From Eledone cirrhosa (lineage: Eukaryota): a stretch of 64,000 bases of DNA. Positions 39,823 through 52,828 of this stretch are shown here, in pieces. The notes below the pieces were generated by a model. That model was not told the origin of the DNA. It made no database searches and saw only the letters and a program-made list of their open reading frames with translations. Within the stretch, counting starts at the first letter, position 1, and each line of letters starts with the position of its first letter. The stretch spans positions 7,812,001 through 7,876,000 of the forward strand of contig OZ024750.1 in assembly GCA_964016885.1 (NCBI GenBank), written 5' to 3'. Made by a program: the position numbers and the translations under genes.

Positions 39823-40868
39823 CATAATAATAATATGAAGAAAAGGGAGAGGAAGAGAAGCTAAAGAAAAGACGAATAAGAATAAAATGATGTTGATGAT
39901 GATGATGAATAAAGGAGGACATTGGAGGCGAAAATGAAAGTAAATGATATGAACTTGGAAGGAGAGATGAAAATCGATTTTAAGTGCTGATAGGATTTTT
40001 ATTAACAATAATATCTTAATTATTCAATATGGCTCAGTTAGAAACAAGAGGGTATTGATAAATTTAGTTTACTTCTCTATAAATCCATTTTTAATTATTA
40101 TTTTTAATATTTTTGTCTTTTTATTGAATTAAAATTGAACAGTTATTTTCCTGATCAGTAATGAGAATTTGTCCATGTTTTACATATTTGTTAGTTTTAT
40201 AATTATAGTATCTTGATTGAATAACTTTTACTATTAATACGGTTGGTAAATATTTCGATTGTCTTAAACAAATAGCAATTCTCTTTCTCGATCTCTAGAA
40301 AACTGATAAAATATTTATTTATTTATTTATTTCGTATAAAAGTGTAAAGGAGAGTCAAGCATCAGTTGTTTGTATTGTTTTTTCTTCTTCTTCAAATCTA
40401 ACGGTGTCTAGTATTTTTATAAGTTTGACGCTCCTTGTTTTCTGAGATATTGTTTAATGTGAAGTATATTTGATGGTTTATAGGTGCATGGCTTCGTGGG
40501 TAGCGTGTTTATCTCATGATGGTAAGGTCTTGAAGTCGATTCCTTGTGGCGTGTTTTGTCTTTGAACAACAGACTATTTTCCCAATTTCTTCATTCCAGT
40601 CACCTGACAAAAATGGATTGGTAGCTGTATTTCAAAGGTTAAGTCTCTTTTCACACACTGTGGAATACTCGGCCACTGAAGGATGTCCAACACAGACACA
40701 TATATTTGATGCAGTCTTAGCCGAGTTAAGAAGTTCTCATCTCAATTATTAGGTCATGGGTTTGATCCCTCAATCTCATCTACCTAAATTTTAGCCTATA
40801 TTTAATAAATTGTTTACATTGTGCATATTTGTATAAATTATTTATACAATCTTTTGTTTCTATTATAG

Positions 40869-41049
40869 ATTGGTGAATATCAATTTGGACAATACTTCCT
40901 TTACAATGTCTACAGAAACGTACATCTTTCTACGATGTCGAGATAAACAAGAATATGACCAAAATTGCGGGATAGAAACGAATCTTCCATTTAAATATCA
41001 ACAAAAGCTTTGTGATTATGAAAGCGTCGTTTGTTAAAAACAGACAACA
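40869..41049 (+). other. Putative 5' UTR portion of the ankyrin-gene exon, after a splice acceptor
   Basis: Pyrimidine tract and AG (ttttgtttctattatAG, 40867-40868) upstream of the ATG. Inference only. Confidence 0.45.
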
Positions 41050-42414
41050 ATGATGTCTAGCCGAAAGAATTCTCAAACAAGACATTTTTCCACTGGTGGT
41101 AATTCTACTATAGATTACCTCACAGTCCCTGATCATGATTTGCAGCTTATACCACCACAAAGTCCCGGTAGTTTATCAGTCCCAAGTTCCTGGAATCGCA
41201 ATACAGCAGCAGAAGAATGGCGACGAGCAAGCAGTACAGCTTCGTCAATTTTCGATTTATCAACTGAAGCCGAACAATTAGAACGGGCTTTGCAAGAAAA
41301 TGATATCTTGTCTCTGACTAAGATTCTCAAGTTACACCATACAAAATTTCCAGTAACAATAAATAATGATAACTTTACTGAACGAGGCAGTTGTGATTCT
41401 TATAGTCAGCGAATCAGTCAAGGGAGCCAAAATTATGTTGAACGAAATGACCGAAGAGAAAGTGTTGTAACGGATATAAGTGACGTTCCTTCAATATTTC
41501 GAACGTCACTTCATGTTGCCGTTCAAAATGACTCAATTGATGTCTTGAAAATTCTGTTAAAATGTGGCATTGATCCAAACATGCCAAACCAGTTTTGTTA
41601 CAGCGCCTCACGGAAAAACAGTGTTTTCACTGAAACATCTTACCCTATACATAAAGAAGATATAGAAAATAAATTTGTAGCCAGTATAAAACCGGACAGT
41701 AAGATAACCTCTCCTTATAACCAGGCAATGTCGACTACCAAACTGCAGGTGGCTTCAATAATAAACGAAACACACCAACAACAACAACATTCGAAAAATG
41801 TATGTTCTCCTGCCAAACATGAGATATTATTTGAATTTTCTTTTAACTACAGTCAAGATGAATTATTTAACTTACCTGTACTCTACATGGCTGTTGTCAA
41901 CGCTAACGCACAAGCAGTTGATCTCCTTCTAAAATACAGCGCAAATCCGAACACTCAAGACCGACATGGTGTCACTCCGTTGCACCTTGCGTCGTGTGCA
42001 GACTTCTATAATGAGAAGTGTATTCGACATTTGATGAAACATGGTGCCAAAATACACATGCAGACATTTTTCGGTGTGTCAGCATATAATATCCGGCCCA
42101 GTCTTGAAAACGAACAACTGGAAGTTATAAAAGAGATGATGAAGCTAGAAATCACAACAAAATGTCAATCCAAGATTTACAGCATGGGAGTTAGTCAAGA
42201 TTCATCAACTTCTTCCAGTGGAGTTTCCCGATTTTTCAAGAGACTTAACAGTGAAAAATTAAAATTCAAAGATCGACGTGTTGTTTTAACAGAAAGCTTT
42301 ATTGAGTCGGATTTAGCCGAAAGAACATCGACCAGTTCCTACAGAAGTGCTCGAAGCAGACAACAATCAAATCGTTTCAGCATAACAGACGACACCGAGA
42401 CAGACATATCGATG
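41050..42414 (+). CDS. First coding exon (455 codons) of an ankyrin-repeat-containing protein; the gene continues beyond this exon
   Basis: The only long non-repetitive ORF. An in-frame TAA at 41035-41037 precedes the ATG. Ankyrin-like motifs: TSLHVAVQNDSIDVLKILLKCGIDPN, VLYMAVVNANAQAVDLLLKYSANPNTQD, GVTPLHLASCADFYNEKCIRHLMKHGAKI. Consensus donor ATG|GTAAGT at 42414/42415, after which the ORF drifts into AT-rich intron-like sequence. Confidence 0.88.
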
Positions 42415-42500
42415 GTAAGTACACGATTTAAGTCGACATTTAAAACAGTTATGTATTCTATGTTTGATTTATACGTATTTAACATGTACATATATATTTA

Positions 42501-42714
42501 GTGAAGGCGTGTGGCTGAGTGGTTAGAGAATTGGATTCGCAATCGTGAGGTCGTGAGTTCGATTCCTTGACGGAGCGATGCGTTATGTCCCTGAACAAGA
42601 CACTTTATTTCACGTTGCTCCTTCTACCTGGAGTTGCGACCGATAGATAATATTAGCAATTGGAAAGACCAACGGAAACATTGTTTCCTCGGTCCGATTT
42701 GACGAAATGTCGAT
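42501..42714 (+). mobile_element. SINE S2 copy at the start of the intron
   Basis: Matches the 10004 copy. Confidence 0.88.
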
Positions 42715-44328
42715 ATATGTTTAATGACTAGGAATGGCGTGAAGGATGCTAGGCTTCATAAATACTTGAATTGAATAATTAGGAGCTTAAAAGGCAATAG
42801 GATTAGGGGAACATCATGTTATATTGAAAGCAAGAACATAAATATTCTAGGTGTACCAAAAGATATTTGTATCCGTAGAGAATATATTTTGGGTTGTGAA
42901 TGTAGATATAGCTAAAAGGTTAAGTTCACTTCACAATCATAAGGGTCCGGAGATCATCCTACTGGGTGACATGATGGGCAGATATTGTTTTCATACGCTC
43001 GGATCACTGAAAACGTTGTGTATTAAATTTAGAAGACAAGATCTTCTTAGAAGCTCCTCGGATGGACTAAATCTGTAATTCGAAGAGCCAGCATTGTCAT
43101 ACCCTGTCTTACGGAGAAGTACGTAATGGCTGCACCTGTTATACTCAGCTCTTTGCTGATTAACTCCACGAGCAGGCTGATCAGACAACTAAACCACTCA
43201 TCGTCGTTGATGACGGAGGTTCAGTCCACATTTCGAACTAAGCATCGCAGCTAATGAGGAAGCTCGTTACAAGACCATCCATTAGAAGCTCCTGAGATTT
43301 TAGCTATATCAGATCTAATGAGATTGAAACGATAACCAAATTTATTCTTGTTCATTGCTACATCTCTGTTCACTTTTTAACTAAAAGCTTTCAAACACTC
43401 AATTTTCCTTTTAAACATCGTTAGATATAAGAGATTTTTTTTTAGTTTGTTTATCAGCAACTGAATATTGGGAAAGTCCTAGGAAATATTTACGCCTAAA
43501 CGAGAGTTCAATATTATTCTATTCACTCATCAATCAGTAAAACGTTTCCGTAGACCACATTACATCTCTAACCAGCACAAACGGTTTTCTTTAAAGACCT
43601 TCATTCGCATGTCAAACCTTTCTGTCTATGGTCAACTTCCTTCAACATATTGTTGTACAAGAAGACTATTAACTACATCCATCTCATCAATCGTGAAGAA
43701 GGGCTTCCGCCAGACCACCCTATACCAAATCATATATTCTATACTAATGGCATTCGGTGGTCGATATAATGAAACTCAGATAGTTGATCTTATTTCTTGA
43801 ATTAAATACCAACGTCACTTATTGTGTGAATAAATATATTTATTTACAACGAATATTAGTTGAGCAATGTGAGGTGATTGTTAGAATTCTTACAAAATTC
43901 ATGTTGTTTTGTAAAAGACTAGCTTCAATTTAAACTGGTATGATATAGATTAAGGTAGCCAGAAATGTATTATAGAGAAGATTTTCAGGAAATTATAAAC
44001 ACAATATGTAGACCAGAAATATCAGATACAGCAAAAGCTATGGATTTATATATTATATTCGACGATGCAATATACACTATACATTAAGGCATATATAAAA
44101 GTTTTCTTATATACAATATATTTCTTTAAACTTACAGATGTATAATGTAATATAGTATATCATTAAAATAAAACAGTTTTAACTCGTGCTGTTATCATGG
44201 AAACACAACATTGTTGAATCCTAATAGTATATATATATATGTGAACTTTCTGTCCTGAACGTTGAACCCTCCTCCATTTCCAACAAGCGTGTAATTTTGT
44301 ATTCGTGTGTTTTGTTTCATTTTATTTA

Positions 44329-44364
<36 letters not shown>

Positions 44365-44450
44365 AGACACAGACACACAAACACATATATATATATATAT
44401 ATATAGCGACGAAACATAAGTGAATTGCATGAACTCATAATCCTTTATTT

Positions 44451-44506
44451 ACTGCTATATATATTTCGACGATAGCCATTGAATGGCTATGACCTCATCA
44501 GGCAGT
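44451..44506 (-). ncRNA. Type-I hammerhead motif in a (TA)n-flanked element (44405-44570)
   Basis: Minus strand: actgc CTGATGA ggtc atagccat tca atggctat cgtc GAAA tatatat A gcagt, then AATAAA. Confidence 0.82.
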
Positions 44507-44564
44507 TAGTCAGTTCTTAGATATGCCAGCTCTGTGTGTATAGTGTTGATGGTATCAGAGCCTT

Positions 44565-44596
<32 letters not shown>

Positions 44597-45064
44597 GGAA
44601 GGTATGCTGAACACATAAATAAATATAAATATATATGTGTGTGTGTGTATAGGAAGGTGTGCTGAACATATAAATAAATATAAATATATATGTGTGTATG
44701 TGTGTGTATAGGAAGGTGTGCTGAACATATAAATATGTAAAGAAATCAAACATGAGACAAACTAAGATTCCAGAATGAGGTTTGGCTAAGAATGTATATT
44801 TATGTGACAGCAGCACTAGCACATCATTCAGATGTATATATTCATATGCAATATATTTGTATATAATATACATACATAAAAGCTTATTAATATTTTAAGC
44901 TGTCATCGTATTAGAACCACGACAGTAACATGTGAGAAGGCCAAAAACTATATGTAGTATTTCAGGATATATTAATCCATTATCAGTGACGTTCACTCAT
45001 TCTGTATTGTGACAAGAAAGCTAAAACCTCGTATATATAGAAGTTTTAAACTAATACATTTATA

Positions 45065-45417
45065 GATATGCTTCCTTCGAAGGGTCTTTGGAGGCACGTT
45101 ACCCAAGAGAGTGCGTAGCTCGGAGATGAGAGAGTCACTCCAGCTAGAGGCTCTACTTTTCCGAATTGAGAGATCACAGCACCGGGACTATGGACATATG
45201 GTTAGAATGTCTCGGGGGAAAGAACTGGTGGACATATTTTATGAACAAAACCAACCGACAGGAGACCCAGGTGTAGACCCCGAGCAAGATGGTTGGATAA
45301 CATCCATGAACCTGGATCAGTTGGAGACGGTTGCTTCTGATATGACTTCCTGGAAGGAGAGTTTCAGGACTCTATCTCCATGATCCTCTCGGGAAAAAGT
45401 GGGCGAAGAAGAAGAAG
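45065..45417 (+). mobile_element. RTE-clade LINE 3' fragment
   Basis: Translates to FLRRVFGGTLPKRVRSSEMRESLQLEALLFRIERSQHRDYGHMVRM and, after a frameshift, RPRCRPRARWLDNI; ends in a (GAA)n tail. Both are typical of the RTE ORF C-terminus. Confidence 0.85.
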
Positions 45418-45518
45418 CATATAGTGCGGGCTTGATGAGTTAGTATTAATTAGCAGTAGCACTAACTACTAACATAGCGTGATTCAGAATAAAGGCATGT
45501 ATATATATATATATATAT

Positions 45519-45702
45519 AACGAAGGAAGTGTGGTAAGGAACCAGGTGGACCATAACGCACCAAAGTACTCGATACTGAGTAGTAGAGTGGGTAGTAGCA
45601 AAAGAGTCAAGACCCCTACGGCTGAGCTCCGGCCGTTTCGACAGCCAGTTCAGACCTTGCTGTCGAAACGGCCGGAGCTCAGCCGTCGGGTACTGACTCT
45701 TT

Positions 45703-45706
<4 letters not shown>
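45519..45706 (-). mobile_element. Family A fold-back element
   Basis: Same structure in reverse orientation; (TA)n on both sides. Confidence 0.85.
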
Positions 45707-45742
<36 letters not shown>

Positions 45743-46064
45743 TGTAATTGTATTGTGACTTTTCTCGTGATACTTTTTCTCAGGTAACCTTTCGCTTATG
45801 ACTTTTTCTCTCGTGTCTTATTTTTCTAACCCCCCCCCCTCTCTCTCTGAATTCCATATAATCTATAATGAAGGGCAGAAGCAATATCCTTGTCTGCTGT
45901 TTCATTTGTTAACAAAGGTAATAATAGAATGGCCACAATCAGGAAACTTCTATTGCTTCAGATCGTTCAGTTCTGTAGCATACAATTTTACCTGTAGTTA
46001 TCGTAAAGCAACTTACTAACGAACACCTAATGAGCACTTGGTGAATAATATGATATTAATATAC

Positions 46065-46204
46065 TCTTCAAAGAAGAAGGTGTGTTTGTGTTGAAGCTCC
46101 GGCAGTTTTGACGAGTGTTCTAGTTTTTTTTTCCATGTATATATATATATATTTATATATATATATGACACCTATATCTTTTACATAATTCTCAGGAAAA
46201 TTCC

Positions 46205-46260
<56 letters not shown>

Positions 46261-46722
46261 ATACTTGGGGAGGGTCATATTTGTGTAATATTGCCAGAAT
46301 TAATAACAGAACACACTCACTGTTTGGTTGGTTTTCGCTTCTCGCTGTCTTTTATATATATATATCTGCGATCTAACTTACTCGGTCCTCAATGTTGCCA
46401 TTGACTGACCGGCGGTCAAAAATAATACAGTTACAATATAGACACAAACACATATATATAGTTTACATAATTTACATAAATCTTTCGTTGCACATCTGCA
46501 ACATCGTCAGTGGTGTTATATTCATTGTTCCTCCTGTTGTGTTGTATGTCTACGCCATTTTTTTGTTCAGTCTGTCTATATATTTATTTATTTATTTCCA
46601 GTGAGTGTGTTCTGTTATTAATTCTGGCAATATTACGCAAATATGACCCTCCCCAAATATAACAATATCTGTTTCGACACACGATTTCATATAAAAAACC
46701 TCGCAAAACTAATTCATCGCCG

Positions 46723-46762
<40 letters not shown>

Positions 46763-46800
46763 GGAATTTTCCTGAGAATTATGTAAAAGATATAGGCGTC

Positions 46801-46832
<32 letters not shown>

Positions 46833-46847
46833 GTGTGTAGTTCGACG

Positions 46848-46878
<31 letters not shown>

Positions 46879-46940
46879 CTAGACCACTCGTCGTCAAAAC
46901 CGCCGGAACTTCAATACAAACACACCTTCTTCTTTGAAGA
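46065..46940. repeat. Large nested inverted repeat; outer arms 46065-46210 and 46757-46940
   Basis: tcttcaaagaagaaggtgtgtttg...ctcaggaaaattccatgta matches the reverse complement of the right arm, including the internal TA tract. Confidence 0.8.
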
Positions 46941-46953
46941 AGCATATAGTGCG

Positions 46954-46988
<35 letters not shown>

Positions 46989-47008
46989 ATGTATTGATTA
47001 CAGAGTGG

Positions 47009-47074
47009 GGCTGGCTGAATAGAGATCGAACCTTGAGCTGATCAATAGCGAAACGAACGTCACCAACCAATAAA
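47009..47074 (+). ncRNA. Degenerate hammerhead-like motif
   Basis: ggctgg CTGAATAGA gatc...gatc aatagc GAAA cg aa cgt C accaacc AATAAA. Confidence 0.45.
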
Positions 47075-47237
47075 CGTAATGAAGGAGTAACCATTCGTCC
47101 TTGTTTTATGTTATTATACTACACTCTGTCTAGTTCTACACATTGATACCGATGTGAACGTAAACATCGAGTGCTCACCCGAGTAAACCTATAATAACTC
47201 CACGTTACACTCCCTCGATATATATATATATATATAT

Positions 47238-47458
47238 AGGAACCAGTAAGACCCCGACAGCTGAGCTCAAGCCGTTTCGACGGCTAATTCTGGACCAGAA
47301 TTATTAGGTCCAGAATTATTAGGTCCAGAATTAGCCGTCGAAACGGCTTGAGCTCAGCTGTCGGGGTCTTACTGGTTCCTATTACCCACTCTACTACCCC
47401 AAGTATTGAGTACTTTGGTGCGTTATGGTCCACCTGGTTCCTTACCACATTTCCTTCG

Positions 47459-47460
<2 letters not shown>
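47238..47460 (+). mobile_element. Family A fold-back element with duplicated 'ggtccagaattatta' at the axis
   Basis: Same structure; (TA)n on both sides. Confidence 0.85.
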
Positions 47461-47518
<58 letters not shown>

Positions 47519-47806
47519 TCAATCAATCAATCAATATATGTGTACACACATATATGTGTTTGTATGTATGTATTGATTCTCTTTCAAATCACAATTGTAC
47601 TTAAAAGATCGCCCACATCTTGTCAGTTTCCTAAGAATATCGATTATTATTACGTAATACATAATTAAAAACTTTTAACTAGAAACCTATTTGATTTTTC
47701 TTTTTTACAACCACCAACTATTTTCAGATTTTTAAAGAAATCTTTATCAAAATCTAATATCTCTACCACCAAGTCAAAGAAAAGAGATTAACGCGTGTTC
47801 AAAATA

Positions 47807-47988
47807 ATAACTGTTTCTACGTTTGGCACAAGGCCAGCAATTAACCCAGAGCATTACTGGTACTTTATTTTATCGACCCCGTAAGGATGAAAGGCAAGGT
47901 TAACTTCGGCGGGATTTGAACTCAGAATGGCAAGGGCCGTAACTCTATGCGTCAAAGCATGGCGTCCGACCCTCTACCGACACTGCCA
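47807..47988 (-). mobile_element. SINE S1 copy
   Basis: Reverse-complement match. Confidence 0.9.
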
Positions 47989-48005
47989 GTCAAATAATAA
48001 CGATG

Positions 48006-48050
<45 letters not shown>

Positions 48051-48126
48051 TAATATATATATATATAATATATATATATATATAATATATATATATATAT
48101 AATATATATATATATATAATATATAT

Positions 48127-48158
<32 letters not shown>

Positions 48159-48181
48159 ATATATATATATATATAATATAT

Positions 48182-48222
<41 letters not shown>

Positions 48223-48225
<3 letters not shown>

Positions 48226-48362
48226 AAAAGAGTCAGGAACCCGACGGCTGAGTTGAGGCCGGCGGGGTCCTGACTCTTTTCCTATTTCCCACTCTACTAC
48301 CGTAAGTATAGGGTACTCTGGTGCGTTATGGTCCACCTGGTTCCTTACCACACTTCCTTCGT

Positions 48363-48363
<1 letters not shown>
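48223..48363 (+). mobile_element. Family A element with a collapsed centre
   Basis: aggaaaagagtcagga...tcctgactcttttcct arms and the family tail; central GAAA region deleted. Confidence 0.8.
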
Positions 48364-48397
<34 letters not shown>

Positions 48398-48454
48398 CAA
48401 TTATATTCAATTGTGACTATATGTGGTAATTAGTTACACACATACACGCACATA

Positions 48455-48587
48455 CATTTCTGAAGAATCCCGATTGAACAGGGATTTCGAGACTAGAAAT
48501 AGGTAGTAACTTAACCACTAGCATGTCAGTCGATACATCGACCTCCACCGATCAATCGACCCTCTGAAACGATCGTAAAACAATGAA
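48455..48587 (+). ncRNA. Degenerate hammerhead, same family as 30287
   Basis: cattt CTGAAGA atccc gattga...tcaatc gaccctct GAAA cgatcgt A aaacaatgaa; stem I weakened. Confidence 0.55.
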
Positions 48588-48643
48588 CTAACTATCTACC
48601 TATGTATGTCTTCTGTTTTTTTTTTGTTTTTTTGTTCTATGCC

Positions 48644-48684
<41 letters not shown>

Positions 48685-48873
48685 ATTATTACTTTCAAAG
48701 TAAAAGGTGTCATGAATGATCCAAAATCCAAAATCATACATATCAAACATATGTCTTCTCTTTAAAAACAGCTCAAGATAGAATTCAGAGAATAAAATCG
48801 AGCCTTAATGATTATAAGAAAGTGAATGCAATATATTCATACATATATAAGTGTGCAATAAGATATATCAAAG

Positions 48874-48922
<49 letters not shown>

Positions 48923-50162
48923 GTGTGTGTGTGTGAACGTATATTCATATCGAAAAATTCACACAGTTCTGAGAGCGTCAGATTAAATTTTCTATATCGA
49001 ACAAATTAACATATTTGATTTTTACCTGTAAATCATTATCAAAATCAGGTAATGATCTTTCATGCATGATTATCTTAAAATCTGGACCACTAATTGAAGC
49101 ATAATTTTGAAGAAATATAATGTTCTTTCAAGCAAATATTTGATTACTTATGGAAATTCAATGATGTGAAATTAAGTAAAATTATCCAGTCGCTTCTTGC
49201 TACTATTGCACCAGTTAATAATAAAATTGCTGTTATTCCATATTACTAAATTACTCGTTTCTTTAATTTTAAGAATAACTATGTCTAATTTCGTACGGTT
49301 TTAGTAGGAATTATTGATCTATCAGGTAGATTATTTGGTAAAATCTTGATTATTTAACACAGGATAGAATTTTAGCAACGTCGTCTACGGCCTTTCTTGG
49401 GCATTTAAAGCCTGGCGGGGCCATCGATCTCTAGTCCTGAGTACAGCAGATTTCATCTAGAGAAAGATAGAAAGTGAGAAGAGGAAATGAGAAAGAGATA
49501 TAGAGAAAGGATCTACCGCATTACTAGACTGGCAATTTTTTTTATCGAACTCAAAAGGATGAAGGGCAAAGTTATCCTCGGTGGGATTTGAACTCAGGGC
49601 AAGGTATGGCTGGTTATATGACCATGATTTTTTTACAAAGTAGTTGTTCTCACAATCCTCTTTTTCGGATGTGAAACCTTGACTCTATATAGGAAATATA
49701 TGAAAGGTTTGCAACTTTTTTTATAAGACGGTGGTGCCAACATTCTTGCACATACATTGGCCTATACAAGACCAGCCACGTAGAAGGACATTTGAAGGAA
49801 CATATATCTAGCAATTTTATAACAAATCTCAAATTCTTATTAGTGGTCTGAGGAGTTAGTATAGAATGACATCTGTCATGGTTCCACGTGGAATTTAAGC
49901 GATATTTAGGTTATAGTTGTCGTCAAACCATCAGCTGCTTTAAACATTCATCTTCGTTTTACAACCCATTAACAAGCAATGGTCGTAGATGGTATTGCAG
50001 TCGGCTGCCTCCATTACACACCCACAGACTGACACACACCGTCACACATCTATTTCTCCCTCTCTGTATCCGTATATATATATATGTATATATATACATA
50101 TATATTTGTGTGTGTGTGTGTATTTATATATGTATGTATACAAAAATTCACACACACACACA

Positions 50163-50228
<66 letters not shown>

Positions 50229-50245
50229 CACGCACGCACGCAGGC

Positions 50246-50284
<39 letters not shown>

Positions 50285-50323
50285 TATATATATTTATATA
50301 TATATATAAATATATATATATAT

Positions 50324-50371
50324 AGTCCAGAAATAGCCGTCGAAACGGCTTGAGTTCTGCCGTCGGGGTCT
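50324..50371 (+). mobile_element. Family A fragment
   Basis: gtccagaaatagccgtcgaaacggcttgagttctgccgtcggggtc next to (TA)n. Confidence 0.75.
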
Positions 50372-50819
50372 TGAACATCTACTTATATATATGATATATC
50401 CCTCTCTCTCTCCACACACACACACACACACACACACAATTATATATATTCCTGAAAAATAATGCAGGGAAGAAAACGATGAAAATAAAACAACAAAACA
50501 AAAAGAGGAAAAGAAAGAATAAAGAGAGGAAAACAGCATGTGATGAAAGAGGTAAAGCTGAATATATAATATGAATTAGAAAATATAAAATGAAAGCGAC
50601 TTCATCACATTAACGGATTAAGTCCAGTAGCTTTTGTCTACTTTTCTGCTATTTCTTCTAATTCTTATTCACTTTATTATCATAGTCTTTACTACTGACC
50701 TCCTTTACCAACACATCTAACCATCCTCTCTTCTTCATCGCCGCCGTATTCCGCCCAATGTCACCATCATCGTCAATATCGTCGTCGTCAACATTATAGC
50801 CGTTTACGTTATTATAAGA

Positions 50820-51011
50820 GCGGCGGGGGATTGGCAGTATCGGTAGAGGGTCGGACGCCATGCTTTCCAGTATGGAGTTACGTCCCTTTATGGTCTGAGT
50901 TTCGTATCCCGCCTAGGTTAACTTTGCCTTTCATCCTTACGAAGTCGAGAAAATAAAGTACCAGTAATGTACTGGGTTAATTGCTGGCCTTGTGCCAAAA
51001 GTAGAAACAAT
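50820..51011 (+). mobile_element. SINE S1 copy
   Basis: Full match. Confidence 0.9.
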
Positions 51012-51164
51012 ATATCACTAATCACAATTTCTTTTCTGTCTCAGTATGTCAATATGCATGCATATATGTGCACGTGTGTTGTATAGTTGACTGTGTGTGT
51101 ATATTTCTGTGTATTTCTGTGTATTTCTGTGTATTTCTGTGTACATGTCTCTTACCGCCAAGAT

Positions 51165-51565
51165 ACCAACCAACCGACCAACCAGTCAAAAAGTCAAAGC
51201 AACCAACCGACCGACTAACCAACCAATCAACCATCCAGCTAACCAGTCAGCCGAACAACCAACCGACCAACCAACTAACCAAGGGACCAACCAAGGAGCC
51301 AGTCAACCAAACAACCAGCCAACCAACCAGCCAGCCAGCCAACCAACCAACCAGCCAATCAACCAACCAACCAACCAACCGACCTAACAGCCAACCAACC
51401 AAACAGCCAACCAACAAACCAACAAACCAACAAACCAACCAACCAGTCAGTCAACAAACCAACCAACCAGTCAGTCAGTTAACCAACTAGCCGACCAGCC
51501 AACCAACCAACCAGCCAACCAGCAGGTCAACCGACCAACCGATTAACGAACCAACCAACCAACAA
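51165..51565. repeat. Degenerate (ACCA)n tetranucleotide repeat
   Basis: Seen directly. Confidence 0.92.
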
Positions 51566-52373
51566 GGCCGTCAGCTAATGAGAACCACTGCCAAACAACC
51601 ATTACCCACTTTACGAACAGACATTCCTGCCTGTGTATGAATACACATATATATATATATATATATATATAATGTATTCATACACGTGTGTGTATGTATC
51701 TTATATATATATATATGTAAACACATACATATACACATAACTACATATATATATATATTTATATGTATGTATGTATGTATCTTATATATATATATATATA
51801 CACATAAATACATATACATAACCTATATATATATACATAGATATACACATATGCATACACATGCACCTATATATATATATTCACACACAAACACACATAC
51901 ATACACATACACTTTTTTTTGTTCCTATGGCAACACTGAGAACATCTAACAGGCGAATAAAATGGTGGCTGATATTTCTTTCTTTTTTTCCCTCTTGACT
52001 TTTGTACTATATATATATATATATATATATATGATATATATATGTATGTATATGCATGCATGTATGTATATGTTTAGATTTATGTATATGTTTCTATCTA
52101 TGTATCTGTATATGTATGTGTATACGTATGTATATGTGTATGTATACATGTATGTACATCTGTAAGTATATATGCATGTATATATGTATATGTATGTGTA
52201 TGCATATGCTTATATGTATCTATATATGTATATACGTATGTGTATGTATACATGTATGTGTATGTATACATGTATGTGTATGTATACATGTAATATATAT
52301 GTATACATGTATATGTATGTATATATGTATGTATATATGTTTATGTATGTATATATATATATGTATGTATGTA

Positions 52374-52785
52374 TGGGGAGATGACCCCTTAGCCTTTGTC
52401 AAGGCAGAATTCTAGGAGAAGGAAAACTCTGATATAACACCTGCAACTCTGATGGTATCCAATGATGTTGACTAGTTCTTCTTTTTGGTAAATATCATCT
52501 TGGTTAAGAGAGTGGGACTGGCATTGTGCAGTGCCTTTGCTAACTATAAAAGCTTCACGACACAGGCATTGCTTTATATCTGGAGATCTCTCTGCACTTG
52601 TCCATCACGTGGTACCATGGGCCCAGCACTATGTGTCAATAATTGTCACAAGTGTAGTGTTTGTACCAGAGTTTTCAAGTCGCTGGCTGGACTAAAAAGT
52701 CACACTCGTTCAGCGCATGGGTAGAGGTTCTCCTACATGGATATAAAGTAGTGGCCGTACTCGAAAACGAGTTGGCAGCCACCAT
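52374..52785 (+). mobile_element. Short RTE-derived non-autonomous element (5'-UTR-like head plus C-terminal C2H2 zinc-finger 3' end)
   Basis: ggagaaggaaaactctga head; ORF end [22 protein letters not shown]; embedded in (TATG)n. Confidence 0.6.
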
Positions 52786-52796
52786 GTATATATATG

Positions 52797-52828
<32 letters not shown>

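Noticed and set aside
42415-42501. C-terminal 28 codons of the 483-aa ORF
   Set aside because: They follow a consensus GTAAGT donor, run into AT-rich sequence and end at a SINE boundary; treated as intron read-through.
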